From NCBI GenBank assembly GCA_964016885.1, contig OZ024750.1:7440001-7504000 (forward strand): a DNA stretch of 64,000 nt, written 5' to 3'. Positions 14,475 to 27,319 of the stretch are shown here, piece by piece (within the stretch, counting starts at the first letter, position 1; each line of letters opens with the position of its first letter). A program made the translations under genes and the position numbers. The notes below the pieces were generated by a model that was not told where the DNA came from, did not search any database, and worked only from the letters and a program-made list of their open reading frames with translations. The DNA is from Eledone cirrhosa. Taxonomy: Eukaryota.

Positions 14475-14536
14475 CTAAGCCGTGTCACGCCCACGTAAAC
14501 CACCTACAAATTCATCCATTGAAATCACTCCATCAC
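14475..14536 (-). CDS. AT: Allatotropin-like precursor, last coding exon (62 nt including TAG)
   Basis: Acceptor ttttttttctttcag. The phase-1 entry gives (G)DGVISMDEFVGGLRGRDTA*, completing DTNGDGVISMDEF. Total CDS 224+98+62 = 384 nt = 127 aa plus stop. Confidence 0.9.
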
Positions 14537-14564
14537 CTGAAAGAAAAAAAAAAAGTCATGAAAT

Positions 14565-14617
<53 letters not shown>

Positions 14618-14734
14618 CACTCGATGACGTAGGTGAAACATTATGTCAGAAGCATAAAAATATTTTGATATAACGATTTGCGACTCCTACATTTATTCAT
14701 TTTGTGTGTACACACACACACACACACAGATACA

Positions 14735-14788
<54 letters not shown>

Positions 14789-14806
14789 TACAGACACACA
14801 CACACG

Positions 14807-14839
<33 letters not shown>

Positions 14840-14930
14840 TGGAAAATGTGTGAAATCCTTGGTACAGTTAGGTATATTTGAAAAAAGGAAAATAATGATT
14901 TCAACAATTTGATTTAATTTGATAATATTA

Positions 14931-15564
14931 TCTATATATATAAAACTGAGGTTGTCTGCCTGTCTATCGATTTTTGGCACACATCTCCTCTTAGAATCTC
15001 TCACGGAATTGCACCGAAATTGCTATACTTGTACATTGAGCCCTAGCGAAGACATCGGAAAAAAAATATTTCAAATTGACCCGCCCTATCTGACGAAATC
15101 GAATATAATGTATCGATTTTTGAGCGTAAGTGATCAGTTATTTCCCTTTGTTCTGTTTACATTGAGCGTCTGCGTGCAAAAATTAAAAAAATTACGCTGG
15201 CTTTCTCAGCGTTTAAAATGACATTAACACAATACACGAACAGTTGTCGAGCCAGCAAAATTTTGACCTGCAAAATTCATCAGTTCGAACATTAAGCTTC
15301 CGTTTTGCTTCATTTCCATTTAAATGCCTTTTAAAACAATATTTTTACTTGAAAACAATTTAAAGACTACGTAAAACAAGCAAATATTTCGTAAAAAAAA
15401 GCAAAAATTATATAAGTTTATTTAAAATATATGCATCTGTAAATTTCCTTAGGCGTGCAGACAGACAGTCGTGCAGACAGACTTTAAGCCAAAAAAGAAA
15501 CTTAACATTGTAACTTTAACACAGCCACTGAGCGACCCCGAGCAACGCCGGGCTTTACTGCTAG
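14931..15564 (+). mobile_element. Non-autonomous Helitron in the last allatotropin intron
   Basis: 5' TCTATATATATAAAA, subterminal hairpin CCCGAGCAACGCCGGG, 3' CTAG, inserted between A and T with no TSD. Confidence 0.8.
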
Positions 15565-16344
15565 TATTATTATAAAATTAAATCAAATTGTTTAGAACTA
15601 CAAGTAAAATCATTCTTTTCCTTTTTTAAAATATATATATATACATATATATATATATGATGATTTCTAAAGAATGAAACAGTTCTAGTCCTGTAGAATC
15701 TCATCTATATTAAAACTATATATATATATATAGACAGTCGATCGACAAGATCCCAGACCTCATTCGTTTAATGTGTGAGTGGAGCTCGTCAAATCGGACC
15801 GAGGAAACGATGTTTCCATTGGTCTTTCCAATTGCTAATACTATATACCACTTTTGTGCTTCCATATATATCACATTGATAGTTCCATACATATCACTTT
15901 TAAGCTTCCATATATATCAGTTTGAAGTTTCCATATTTATCACATTCTTTTTATTCTATTCAGTCGTGCGAATGTATCTAAGCAATGACAGCCATTGATA
16001 TGATTTATGGATGAAATAGAAATGCTGCCATCCGTGTATGGTTGGGTTGTTTGTGACATTTTGAAATCCAGTTCCGCTGATGTTTGTTTTACATTATATT
16101 CCATAATTCTACCAGTGTGTACTAAGTGACCCGTAACTCTTATAAACATGCACAGTGATGTTCAATGAGTTACAAAATTCAATGAGTTACAAAGTTTCTT
16201 AAATACTATAACTATAATATCTAATCATACGCATCTATATTCATGTCATTCTGTAGAACAAAGGTGACGTAAACAATCAAAATCCTTGGAAATATTGATT
16301 TATTACAAAAACACAAGGACACATAGACATGTTATGACTGATTT

Positions 16345-16560
16345 TACAAATCCCAGTACTTGATTAATACATCATCTTATCGACCCATTAAGGAAGAAAG
16401 TTAAAGTCAATTTGTATAAGATTTGAATTCAGAGCGTAAAGTAATTGTTTCTACTTTAGGAACAAGGCCAGCAATTACCCAGTACATTACTGGTACTTTA
16501 TTTTATCGACCCCGTAAGGATGAAAGGCAAAGTTAACCTCGGCGGGATTTGAACTCAGGT
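16345..16560 (-). mobile_element. Two tandem partial SINE S1 copies
   Basis: ctggtactttattttatcgaccccgtaaggatgaaaggcaaagttaacc core. Confidence 0.8.
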
Positions 16561-18451
16561 AATGTTACGAAATACCACAAGGCATGTACAAACTGAATTT
16601 ATGCTTGACTTTCATCTTTCTTTAGACGGCAAATGTTTCTTGTACATCAGTTTTAAGAGTTTCAATGTTAATATTTCGCTGAAAACAAAAGCATTTAAAA
16701 TGGCGTGCTCCTTATCTTTATTTAGAAAATTTTATGGGTGAGCAATAAATCTTCCACTTAACTATTGATGTGTTAGTAGTGTGTAGATTGTAGCCGACCT
16801 TTTTCAAGAATGTTTTATGGCATATTCAGGAGAGAAAGGACAGCAGCCATGACACATTTATTGGGTCTCCGATATAGGTGGGAAAGAAGGAGGAACTTAT
16901 TTCAAAATCAGAGATCTGATCTAAATTGTTGCAACAGTGTGATGTTCTGCTAAAGACACCCAAGAAACAGGCGGTAGTGTTAAACTGGACAAGGGGTTAA
17001 GTCTACCTGCCAAGAACCAAATGTTGGTATTAAAGTGGGTGTGTGATTAAGTCATTCACACAGGGACTAGTTGGTGGCATTCAGCTGCGCGAGGGATTAA
17101 TTCTACAACACAGAGACCAAGTCATAGTGTTAAACTGGGTAAGGGATTACAGCTACCATACAGGGACCAAGTGTTTGTGTTAAATTGAGCGAGAGATTAA
17201 GACTATTACATAAGAACCATAACGGTCCCTCCGTCTACTCAACCCCACGCAGAAGGCTTTGGTCAGCTTGAGTCATGGTAGAAGGCACTTGGAGCAAATC
17301 CGACAGTACGTGGTTACAAATTGTACTTCTTAACTGCACAGATATGCAGGAGCCACATTTTAGAAACATTTGTATAATGAAAATCATGGAAGAAGGTAAT
17401 AATTCAATTTATGGATACTTCAGAAATTAATTATTAATTTACAAAGTCTGTAACCGAATCTTGCTATCTATAATAATTAGATTGTAAATTTAATCTTTAC
17501 ATATTCTATTGACGCCATAATATTCGGTGTAATGGAAATCAAGGACCAATGCTATATTATGAGTGTTAGAGAAGACCGAATAATTATTTGTCTCAAAACA
17601 TCGGAGGATTGAATGATCAGAGTCTTCTCCGTCTCCAATGTCCAGATAAATCATAATTTAGTCAGTAATCCCTGATATTGGAATTATATAAATAATCTAT
17701 AGTTTGATGAATAAGCAGTTGGTTCAATTGTGATAACACTATTCAAATGGAATTAGTTAATTATTATGGCATTGTTTTGTTGTATAGATGAGAATAATGA
17801 TGATGATGACGATGGGGATGGTTGTGGTGTATATCTTCTTTCATTTTTCGTCTTACTAAGTTATACTGTTATATTTGTGGAGGGTCATGTTGGCCTAATA
17901 TTGCCAAAAATAATAATAAAACACACTCATTGGTTTGGATACTTTATGCATCATATTTATGGGGTTGTTTTTCTTTTCTATATTATATTTATTATATAAA
18001 TTGTGCTTATGCTATACTATAAACGATTTTTATTTGTTTGTAAAGATAATAAATAAGAAAAGAGAAATGGAGGAAAAAGATTTAAAAAGGGAAAGCGGTG
18101 AAAACTGCACGCCATTGGCTGGACAGTTCATTTCAGCTGCGTCATGCAAACAAGATGGCGGAAGCATTGTTACGGAAAACTGGCAGTAGCACACGCTGTT
18201 TCAGCCATTCCACCAGACGCGGCTCTTTCTTCAAGCAAGATACACTCTTCACGATTTCGTAAAAGAAAACAGCAGTTCGGAGACCAAGGACACCGGATGT
18301 CTCGTTGGCAACCTGCACAAAACGGAAGCAGTTAGCCAAATCTAGGCATTTTATTACTTTTCGTTCTTCTGCGTGCGTTATGGCCGACGGTGTCCGGATT
18401 TGTAGTTAATGAATAATTCTGAACTACAGTTTCAAATAAAAAGATATTTAC

Positions 18452-18549
18452 CGTTAGTGTCCAATTCAAGTGCTACTCTGTATGCCAAATCACTGTCGTA
18501 TGTCATAAGTTCAGCCAAGTCTTTCGGGGTCATCCAATTTCTGGCGCCT
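18452..18549 (-). CDS. AT: Allatotropin-like precursor, coding exon 2 (98 nt)
   Basis: Acceptor tttttttctattacag and donor G|GTAAAT. The phase-2 entry continues exon 1 in frame: (T)GARNWMTPKDLAELMTYDSDLAYRVALELDTN(G), resembling the acidic helical C-terminal region of allatotropin precursors. Not in the ORF track. Confidence 0.9.
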
Positions 18550-18930
18550 CTGTAATAGAAAAAAAACAAACATTTTCATATACACATAGTATATATAGAT
18601 AGATTGGTATATATATATATATATAAATTTTATTAGTATTAAAACTCTAATTCGGTATTGAGTACTCTTTACTCTCAGCCGTCAAACACATACGTATATA
18701 TATATATAGATGGGAAAAATAGCTAAAACCTAAATATAAACGCATGTGAATGTGTGGGCGCGCTTTTGTGTATGCATATGCAAGTATTTGTGTGTGCATT
18801 TGTGCATATGCAAGTATGTGTATGCGCGTGTGCCTGTGTGTATATGTGGTTCTATGCAAACATGATGTGTTTGTATATGTGTGTATGTCTCTGTGTGTAT
18901 ATGTGGTTATATGCAAACATGATGTGTTTG

Positions 18931-18962
<32 letters not shown>

Positions 18963-19480
18963 TGTATGTATGTATGTATGTATGTATGTATGTATGTATG
19001 TATGTATGTGCGTGTGTATGTTTGTACATATGCAAACATGATGTATATCTACGTGTTTGTGTATGTGTGTTGTAAAATTTCCTGTCGCCATTTTCCTATT
19101 GTAGAGTTGTTGATAAGGCTCTGGCTAATTTCGATGGTTCTGTCTGTCTCACCGCACACAGAAATAAATAAATCAGAGAGATTTTACTTTCATTTCAAAC
19201 ATCGATTCGATATCAGCGTTCTGTATGTAGTTAATTGCTGTTTACTTTATTTTCTTTGACTTAATCAAAGTCCGTTGTAGATATTTAAGTATGTGTTTAT
19301 GTTGGTCAGTTAATGTTTGCTCTATATATTTGTCATTACATTATAAAAACCAGTTCTGCAGTTCTACTTTCCTACCTTCCAAACTATTATAGAACCGTAG
19401 CCAGCTCGTTAAATCAATAGTGTTCCGCTATTATCAGCTGAATAGCCAACAGTTCGTATTTCATTAACTATAGTTTACAG

Positions 19481-19765
19481 CAGGCATGGGCAACCTTTCT
19501 TCGAGCAGTGGGCCGCATAGGATGTGGCTCATCATAAGGCGGGCCGCATAGGATGTGGCTCATCATAAGGTGGGCCACATAAGATGTGGCTCATATGGTG
19601 GGCTGCATAGGATGTGGATCATCATAAGGTGGGCCACATAAGATGTCACTCATCATAAGACGAGCCGCACAACTTGAAAAATTCAAGGAGTTTTGAAATT
19701 AGGTGTGGCATTCAGAAAGCCAAACAGGCGCATGTGGCTCGTGGGCCACAGTTTGTCCATGGCCT
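19481..19765. mobile_element. hAT-type MITE with about 5 internal 31-bp repeats, in allatotropin intron
   Basis: Termini CAGGCATGGGCAAC / GTTTGTCCATGGCCT; degenerate 8-bp TSD gtttacag / ttttagag; unit gggccgcataggatgtggctcatcataagg(c/t). Confidence 0.65.
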
Positions 19766-21124
19766 TTTTAGAGGGGGGGGGGGGGGTCAGCTTAATCTAT
19801 CGCTCTATTTAATACCACCACCTGGCCCATGGGTGCCTTTAATCGAGTCCGCTCTCATGTTAGTATTTAGGCCACATGTTCGGTCTGAAGTTATTTTCGT
19901 CACTCTTATCAGTCTCAGAGACCCTGAAAGGGTCATATGTACTCTTCACTCTCTGACTGAACAGCAAAAGAAACAAAAAACAAAGCAAAATAATACTAAT
20001 GATAATGATAATCATAATAATTCCACGGTTCGGTCCAACTCACTGTAAACAATGATTGTGTTAAGGTAGAGTTTAGTACTAGATATAGTAGGACTAAAAT
20101 ATTCTTTAGATTGCAGTATTGGGTGTAATGTTTATTAGTAGGATGCTGAAGAAGAGATAAATATATTCCCCTTCTCCCTGAAGTCAATTGATAAATAATG
20201 TAGATGAGGAAATGTCATATAATCGATTCTGCTTAATACATTTCTATGATATCTTATATCGAATGATTGACTCACAATGATGGCTAACGACATGGCTGCA
20301 GAAAGTTAGCAGCTTTATTTTCCGTTAATAGAAGAAATAATTATATCATTTTGTTATAGTTTACTATCTAATTACATTTTGTGTTTTTGCTTCCATCATA
20401 GTTTTATTTCAATTCTAATAGATCGAAACGTCTAATAAGATTTCTAAAATTTTATTTTCTTTGAGATGAAATTTTGAAAGAAATTATTTAAACAGTGATT
20501 CGGTAATTATTAAAGTTAGACTATAAGCTACTGAAGTGAAACAGTAGAATCAGTGGGAAAATAGCGATGGTTTGTATCTATAAATAGTAAATATAAAATG
20601 TTCACTGTGCAGAATAATTCAGTTTGTAGTAAGGAAGAGGGGAAATTTGATTGTAAACTAGTTTATTTCAGTTTCTGAACTTTATGAATTATTGGACACG
20701 TCTGAAAGTAATGGCGGAGTGGTTAAAGTGTTATAATATCCCACAGTGATATTATATTGTGTGAGTGCTAGAAAAGGGACTGTACATGTATTAATAATGT
20801 TAGATTCATCATAAATATTATTAGGCTCATTCAATAATATAATCATGGATGATCCAAATGAGAAACTATTTTCAGAGTCGTCTGTTATGGAATAGCATGT
20901 TAGTTATTTAGGTATTCTGCGATAACTCTTCACAACAAAACAGCTAGTTGTATTATAATATAACCCTGGGCAGATGAGAGAATAATAATTGTTACTACTT
21001 TTGGTACAAGGCCAGCAGGCAGTTACCCCAGTGCATTACTGGTACTTTATTTTATCGACCCCGTCGAATAGAAAATATACAGCTATAGATTGCATGAATA
21101 AAGAAGCAAAACAAAGAAAGCCAG

Positions 21125-21213
<89 letters not shown>

Positions 21214-21467
21214 TAAATTTAGCGAGAATCGCATTTCGGCGGGTAGAAATTAGCGAAACGCAACTTCCGTATTGTGCAGACAAGCGCTCCATGGATTTGA
21301 AGAAGATACCAGAGTTATAAACATAAGTTAAAAAGGTCATACAAACTGAGACGATGGTTCAGAAGCCATTAACCACCATAGCCCCAAAAAAGCGAACAAG
21401 CTAAGTGGGTAAAAAAAGGTGAATGTTAAGACTAAAGGAAAACTAAACAAAATAACTAAGTACGTAC

Positions 21468-21691
21468 GTTTCGGCAATTGACGGTGCCATGTCGTATGTA
21501 TCTTCAATTGTTCTTTTGCCAAAGCCATGAGCCATGCGATCAAGTATGTTGTTTTTGAATCCGTTTCCTACCCGCTTGTTACCTAATCGCTTAGGTTGAG
21601 ATTTTGTTGCATCAACTTCACAGCAACAGAGAAAAAGGATCAAGGACACACAACTTAATACACACAGGTTCCGGCTTTGTGACGTCTTCAT
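21468..21691 (-). CDS. AT: Allatotropin-like (allatotropin/orexin family) neuropeptide precursor, coding exon 1: signal peptide and mature peptide
   Basis: Encodes MKTSQSRNLCVLSCVSLILFLCCCEVDA-TKSQP-KR-LGN-KR-VGNGFKNNILDRMAHGF-G-KR-TIEDTYDMAPSIAE: hydrophobic signal ending VDA, dibasic sites, amide-donor Gly. The peptide fits the mollusc/annelid allatotropin pattern GF(K/R)...R(I/V)(A/S)HG(F/Y)amide. Start context accATGa; upstream acceptor ttttctttgtag ends at 21727; phase-2 donor AC|GTACGT at 21467. Confidence 0.93.
21521..21571 (-). other. Predicted mature peptide VGNGFKNNILDRMAHGF-amide (17 aa)
   Basis: Flanked by KR upstream and G-KR downstream in the precursor. Confidence 0.85.
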
Positions 21692-21876
21692 GGTCTTTGT
21701 GTTGGGGAGAATTGCAATTTAAAAATCTACAAAGAAAACAAACAAACAAACAAAAATAAAATCCAGATAAAAAGACGAATTCATTTATATAGACATGCAA
21801 ACATATACAAATACTTATACCGACACGGTATGTAAAATCTAAGATAAATTTAATGTGTATATATACATACATACAT

Positions 21877-21990
<114 letters not shown>

Positions 21991-22126
21991 CGTAAAATAA
22001 GAAAATTATAAAATTAACTTACTTACTAAAATTTCACTCCCAACTAATTAGTTTCTGAAAGGGAATAAACATACTTTCCGAAGAAGTGTACAGAGAAGCC
22101 TTTCGTCATCAGGGAATATACTAATT

Positions 22127-22177
<51 letters not shown>

Positions 22178-22664
22178 TATTACTTCAAAATATTAATATT
22201 TTGAAGTAATATTAATAACTCCAGAAAACCTCACTGTAGAGTGCTTATAATCTGTTGTGAAACTTTATTCATTGATGAATTCATTGAACCTTGTGAAACT
22301 TTTAATTATATATATATATACATATATATATAACAAAGGAATGAATGAAGGAGTTACAAGCCGTTAAAACAAGTTCTTTATATAAATCTTACATATGTTT
22401 CGCCCACACGGGTTCCCCTATTTCCTCCTCTCTTACGATACTTATACCCTATTATATATATATAATAATATATATATATATGAAAAGATTCAGCTCCGGT
22501 TGAGCTCCGGCCGTTTTAACAGCTAGTTAGGATCTAGCTGTCGAAACGACCGGAGTTCAGCCATCCAGTTCCTGAATCTTTTCATATTACCCACTCTACT
22601 TCCGCAAGTATCGAGTACTCTGGTGGGTTATTGTCCACCTGGTTTTTTTTTTACCACACCTAGC

Positions 22665-22930
22665 ATGTTGTTCGACGCTCTACTGATTCTCCTGCCAAAC
22701 CACCGCCTATAAGTCTATAATATTGGTTTCTTATATAGGCACAAGGCCAGCAATTTTGGGGGAGGGGAAAGTCGATTAAATCGATCCCAATGCGTAACTG
22801 GTACTTTATTTTATCAACCCCGTAAGGATGAAAGGCAATGTTAACCTACCTCGATGGGATTTGAACTCAGATCATAAAGGGCCGTAACTCTATGCTGCAA
22901 GCATAGCGTCTGACTCTCTACCGATACTAA
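22665..22930 (-). mobile_element. SINE S1 copy, long-tail subfamily
   Basis: Core plus the ggggaggggaaagtcgattaaatcgacccc insert. Confidence 0.8.
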
Positions 22931-23147
22931 CAAATGATAATTCGTCAGCTTGGAAATTCTGAACTTTATTGAAAGTATTCATATCATTTACAGATACTTT
23001 CTCCAGTTTTTACAAAAGTTGAAAGATTTCCGACTTTAGAGTTTGAAGTATTTTATATTTTTATTAACAGTTTCATTTTTGTTAAAACTAATTTTTCTCT
23101 TTCCCTTATAGCTCGAAAGAATTCTGAACGTAACAGTACAGTAGTAA

Positions 23148-23198
<51 letters not shown>

Positions 23199-23405
23199 CA
23201 GTAACAGTCGTAGCAGTAGCAGTAGTAGTAGCAGTAGTAGTAGTGATAGCAGCAGTGGTAGTAGTAGTAGCAAGAGCAGCAGCAGCAGTAGTAGTAGTAG
23301 TAGTAGTATTTAATAGATCGTTTGAAAGTTTACCATTTTTAAATGTTAAAACTTTTTTAAAATGTTAAACGCTGTTAAATGCTACATTTTCTAACAACAA
23401 CAACA

Positions 23406-23462
<57 letters not shown>

Positions 23463-23478
23463 GCTGCTACTGCTGCTG

Positions 23479-23545
<67 letters not shown>

Positions 23546-23830
23546 CAATACTTCTACTACTACCACTACTACTACTTCAAATATTATGTCGTAGATTTTT
23601 ACATAAGAATATGAAATAACGAATAAAATTAAACTAAAATAAATTGAAATTTCAAAATCAAATCTTTCATCAAATATAAAGAAATATATTAAAACATGCA
23701 GAGATTCAGAAGGGAAGTAAACATTCAAAAACGTGTTTTTAGATGTCAGAAATCTACTTTCAATGAACTTCATATATATATATATATATAATATATTAAC
23801 AAATGGAAACTATATTTATAAAACCATATT

Positions 23831-23896
23831 TATTTTATTATAGATATTTCAAGGGCCACCAAGGCAAATTATGGTGCGCTTTCATCAGATAAAATA
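23831..23896 (-). ncRNA. Type I hammerhead motif, family H-A
   Basis: TATTTTAT-CTGATGA-(AAGCGCACCA...TGGTGGCCCTT)-GAA-ATA-tc-TAT-A-ATAAAATA: 8-bp stem I. Confidence 0.68.
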
Positions 23897-24038
23897 CAAT
23901 ACAGATTAGTTTTATAAATAAATATTGACATACCCTGAAAAAAGACAACCTTAACGGTTGGAGTTTCCTGGATAGTGCTTTATATCAGTTATAAAAAATT
24001 TTAAGCTTGTTGAATTCCAACAAATTAAATATAACCTC

Positions 24039-24116
<78 letters not shown>

Positions 24117-24366
24117 TATATATAAATATATATATATATAAATACATATATATATATAATATATATATATAACGAAGGAATTGTGGTAAGGAACCAGATG
24201 GACTATAACGCACCAAAGTACTCAATACTTAGTGTAGTAGAGTTGGTAATAGGAACAAGTATGACCCCGACGACAGAGCTCAAACCGTTTCGACGGCTAT
24301 TTCTGCACTCAGTCCATAAATAGCCGTCGAAACGGCTAGAGCTCTGTCGTCGGGGTCATACTTGTT

Positions 24367-24431
<65 letters not shown>

Positions 24432-25930
24432 GGAGATAACTAATCTACAGTAAAGAAAAATATATTCATATTTTACTATTCTATAATTTTTCATCATTCT
24501 TATAAATGTTTCAAAGTCATTCTATAATTTATTGATCTCAGTTAGTTCAGTGTATTTTGACCTTTCTTATAAATGTTTAGACGTTATTTAATTTTTTTTT
24601 TAGTTTCCCTTTCATATATCACAACTTTATAACTTACGATCTTTCTTATAAATGCCACAAAGATATTTTAATTTATTTGTTTTTCATCTCAAAAATGTTT
24701 AAGAAAAAAAAATGAGACGGACATGGATATGTGAGTTGATATAAGTTATTTCACTATGTGGCTTAGCAGTTAGAGAATAGGATTCGCAATCTTAAAGTTA
24801 CGAGTTTGATTCTCAGCCTGGGCGATATGTTGTGTCCCTGAGTAGGACACTTTCACTTTATTTCACCTCGCTCCTTCTGCCAGGAGGTACGACGGGTAGA
24901 TATTATCAGCAATTGAAAGACCAATGGAGACATTATTTTTTTTAGTTCGATTTGACGAAGTCGATACGACTCGGTAAGCGAATAAGGTCTGGGATCATGT
25001 CCATCGACATTGCTATCTAGAATTTATAAATGTTTAAAAGTTATTTAAAACTTTTTTTCGCTGCTATATTTTTTGGAGACGTTTAACAAATACAGACCTA
25101 TCAACTCTCCCCGTCCGACGGGGAGATCTCCCACCCACTTTGGGGTGGATGAGAGATTTCTTCTCTTGTGAAAATGGGTATAGCTTTCATTATGTAAAAT
25201 CTCCCCATTTTGCCTCAATTCTTACCGTTTTGGGGCTCTTTTTTTCATGGCATTATTCGTTTGGGTTTTTAGAGGTTGGCAGGTCTGCGCATTGGTTTGA
25301 GGGGAAGTGACTACGTATATACCATTTATAGAGGGAACTTTCGCTACACTGTGTTATTACACACATGCTTTGTAGTTTTATGCAATTTTTAGTATGGTCA
25401 TGGACAAGGCAACATCCTTAATGCCGGTTTCATGAAAATATGCAACCGGTGAGGTGAACGTATGAAGACGATATATCGAAAACAGTTCTATCTACTGAAG
25501 ACAAAACAAATCTCTTTAGTGTTGATACTGCGATAAAATCCACCCAGTACATTCTGTAAAGTAGTTCACATTAAAAAGGGCATACAGCAGTAAGGACCTT
25601 GCCAAAAATGGAACGTACGAACAAGACGTGATTCCTTATTTATCTTTGAAGGAAATAACTTGGAACAAAAATTGACTCGGATCGTAACGACCTGTCTAAC
25701 CCACGCCAACACAGAAAGCAGAATCAGATGATGATTATGATGATGATAATGATATGATGACTGTAATGATAATGATGGGGCTTCAATCGTCAACAAAGCC
25801 ACATACTTTACGCAAGATTCTGAATATATTCTATCAAATTAAACTCTATGATATGAATCCTTTCAAAGAAAAAATACTCTCTCATCCATAACAGCATAAC
25901 CAACTGCATTAATAATAGTCGTTTCTTTAT

Positions 25931-26001
<71 letters not shown>

Positions 26002-26387
26002 GTAAGATTATTGTTATTATTATTGTTATTGCGATAGTTTATTTATTTATATAAACTGCGATAATAACTTCTCCTTCTCAATCACTGTTTAATCGGAAGT
26101 TTGCTGAAGAAGGTTTAGCAGCACTTGTTACATCAAAACCGACTGATTGTCATTGCCGAATTTAATTAAAGCAAACGATAACGGATGCCACAGCTTCAAC
26201 ATTTATTCCTCATTGTCATATGTCATATGGTATCTTTGTAATCTTGTAAATAGATAAATAAATAAAGAAACAAATCATTAGATAGATGCTGACATTCTTT
26301 CTTCTCTTCAAACTGATTCAGTCTGGCAAAAGTTCTCACCGTCAACATCTATAACAAACATGTCTTCGTTTGCTGTCGTTGTTTCTC

Positions 26388-26742
26388 TTGTTGTTGTGGT
26401 TGTTGTTGTGGTTGTTGTTGTGGTTGTTGTTGTGGTTGTTGTAGTTGTTGTGGTTGTTGTAATTGTTGCGGTTGTTTTTGTTGTTGTTATTTTTGTTGCC
26501 TTTGTTGTGGTTGTTGTGGTTGTTATGGTTGTTGTGGTTGTTTTTGTTGTTGCGGTTATTGTTGTTACTTTTGTTGTTGTGGTTGTTGTTGCGGTTATTT
26601 TTCTTACTTTTGTTGTGGTTGTTTTTGTTGTTGTTGTTGCGGTTATTGTTGTTACTTTTGTTGTTGTGGTTGTTTGTGTTGTTGTTGAGGTTGTTTATGT
26701 TGTTGTGGTTGTTTTCATTATCGTGGTTGCTTTTCTTGTTGA

Positions 26743-26792
<50 letters not shown>

Positions 26793-26805
26793 TTGTGTTT
26801 GTTTT
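26388..26805. repeat. (GTT)n-derived low-complexity tract
   Basis: Direct inspection. Confidence 0.92.
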
Positions 26806-27247
26806 TAATATCCTTTCTTTTATAATAACAGGAAAAATGTAAAAACCACATCAATGTTGTCCATTTATTAACCACTTGAGATTTGTTTTGTTGAGTGGGA
26901 GGAGAAATCAAACAAACCGCAAGATTGTTGTGATTGTTGCTGTTGTTGTGTATTTACAAGTGGTGTATTTGTAGAATTACTAGAGCGCTGGACAAAATGC
27001 CTTGTGGTATTTCTTCCAAAACTTTACGTCCTGCGTTCAAATCTCAACATATCTCCGAGGTCGATAAAATAAAGTACCAGATTATTAGCAGAATAGGAAG
27101 AGCGTTTGACAAAATACCCTGTGATATGTGTGGGGTCAATTTAATCGATTAAAACTTCCCTTCAAAAGTGTACATTATAGAACATTTTATTAAATATAGT
27201 GGAAGTCGTTGCTTGCTGACTCAGTTTGTCAGGAACTACACATCTCT

Positions 27248-27319
<72 letters not shown>

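Noticed and set aside
17585-17645. Minus-strand GGAGACGGA (G-D-G) as an alternative last exon
   Set aside because: No AG acceptor or pyrimidine tract at the needed phase; the 14536 exon fits far better.
21443-21467. C-terminus YVLSYFV* of the 82-aa ORF in the track
   Set aside because: Intron read-through; the GTACGT donor splices in frame to a family-typical exon at 18549.
22062-22118. CTGATGA...GAAA hammerhead-like core on the minus strand
   Set aside because: Stem II base pairs, but I could not form stems I and III; at most a remnant.
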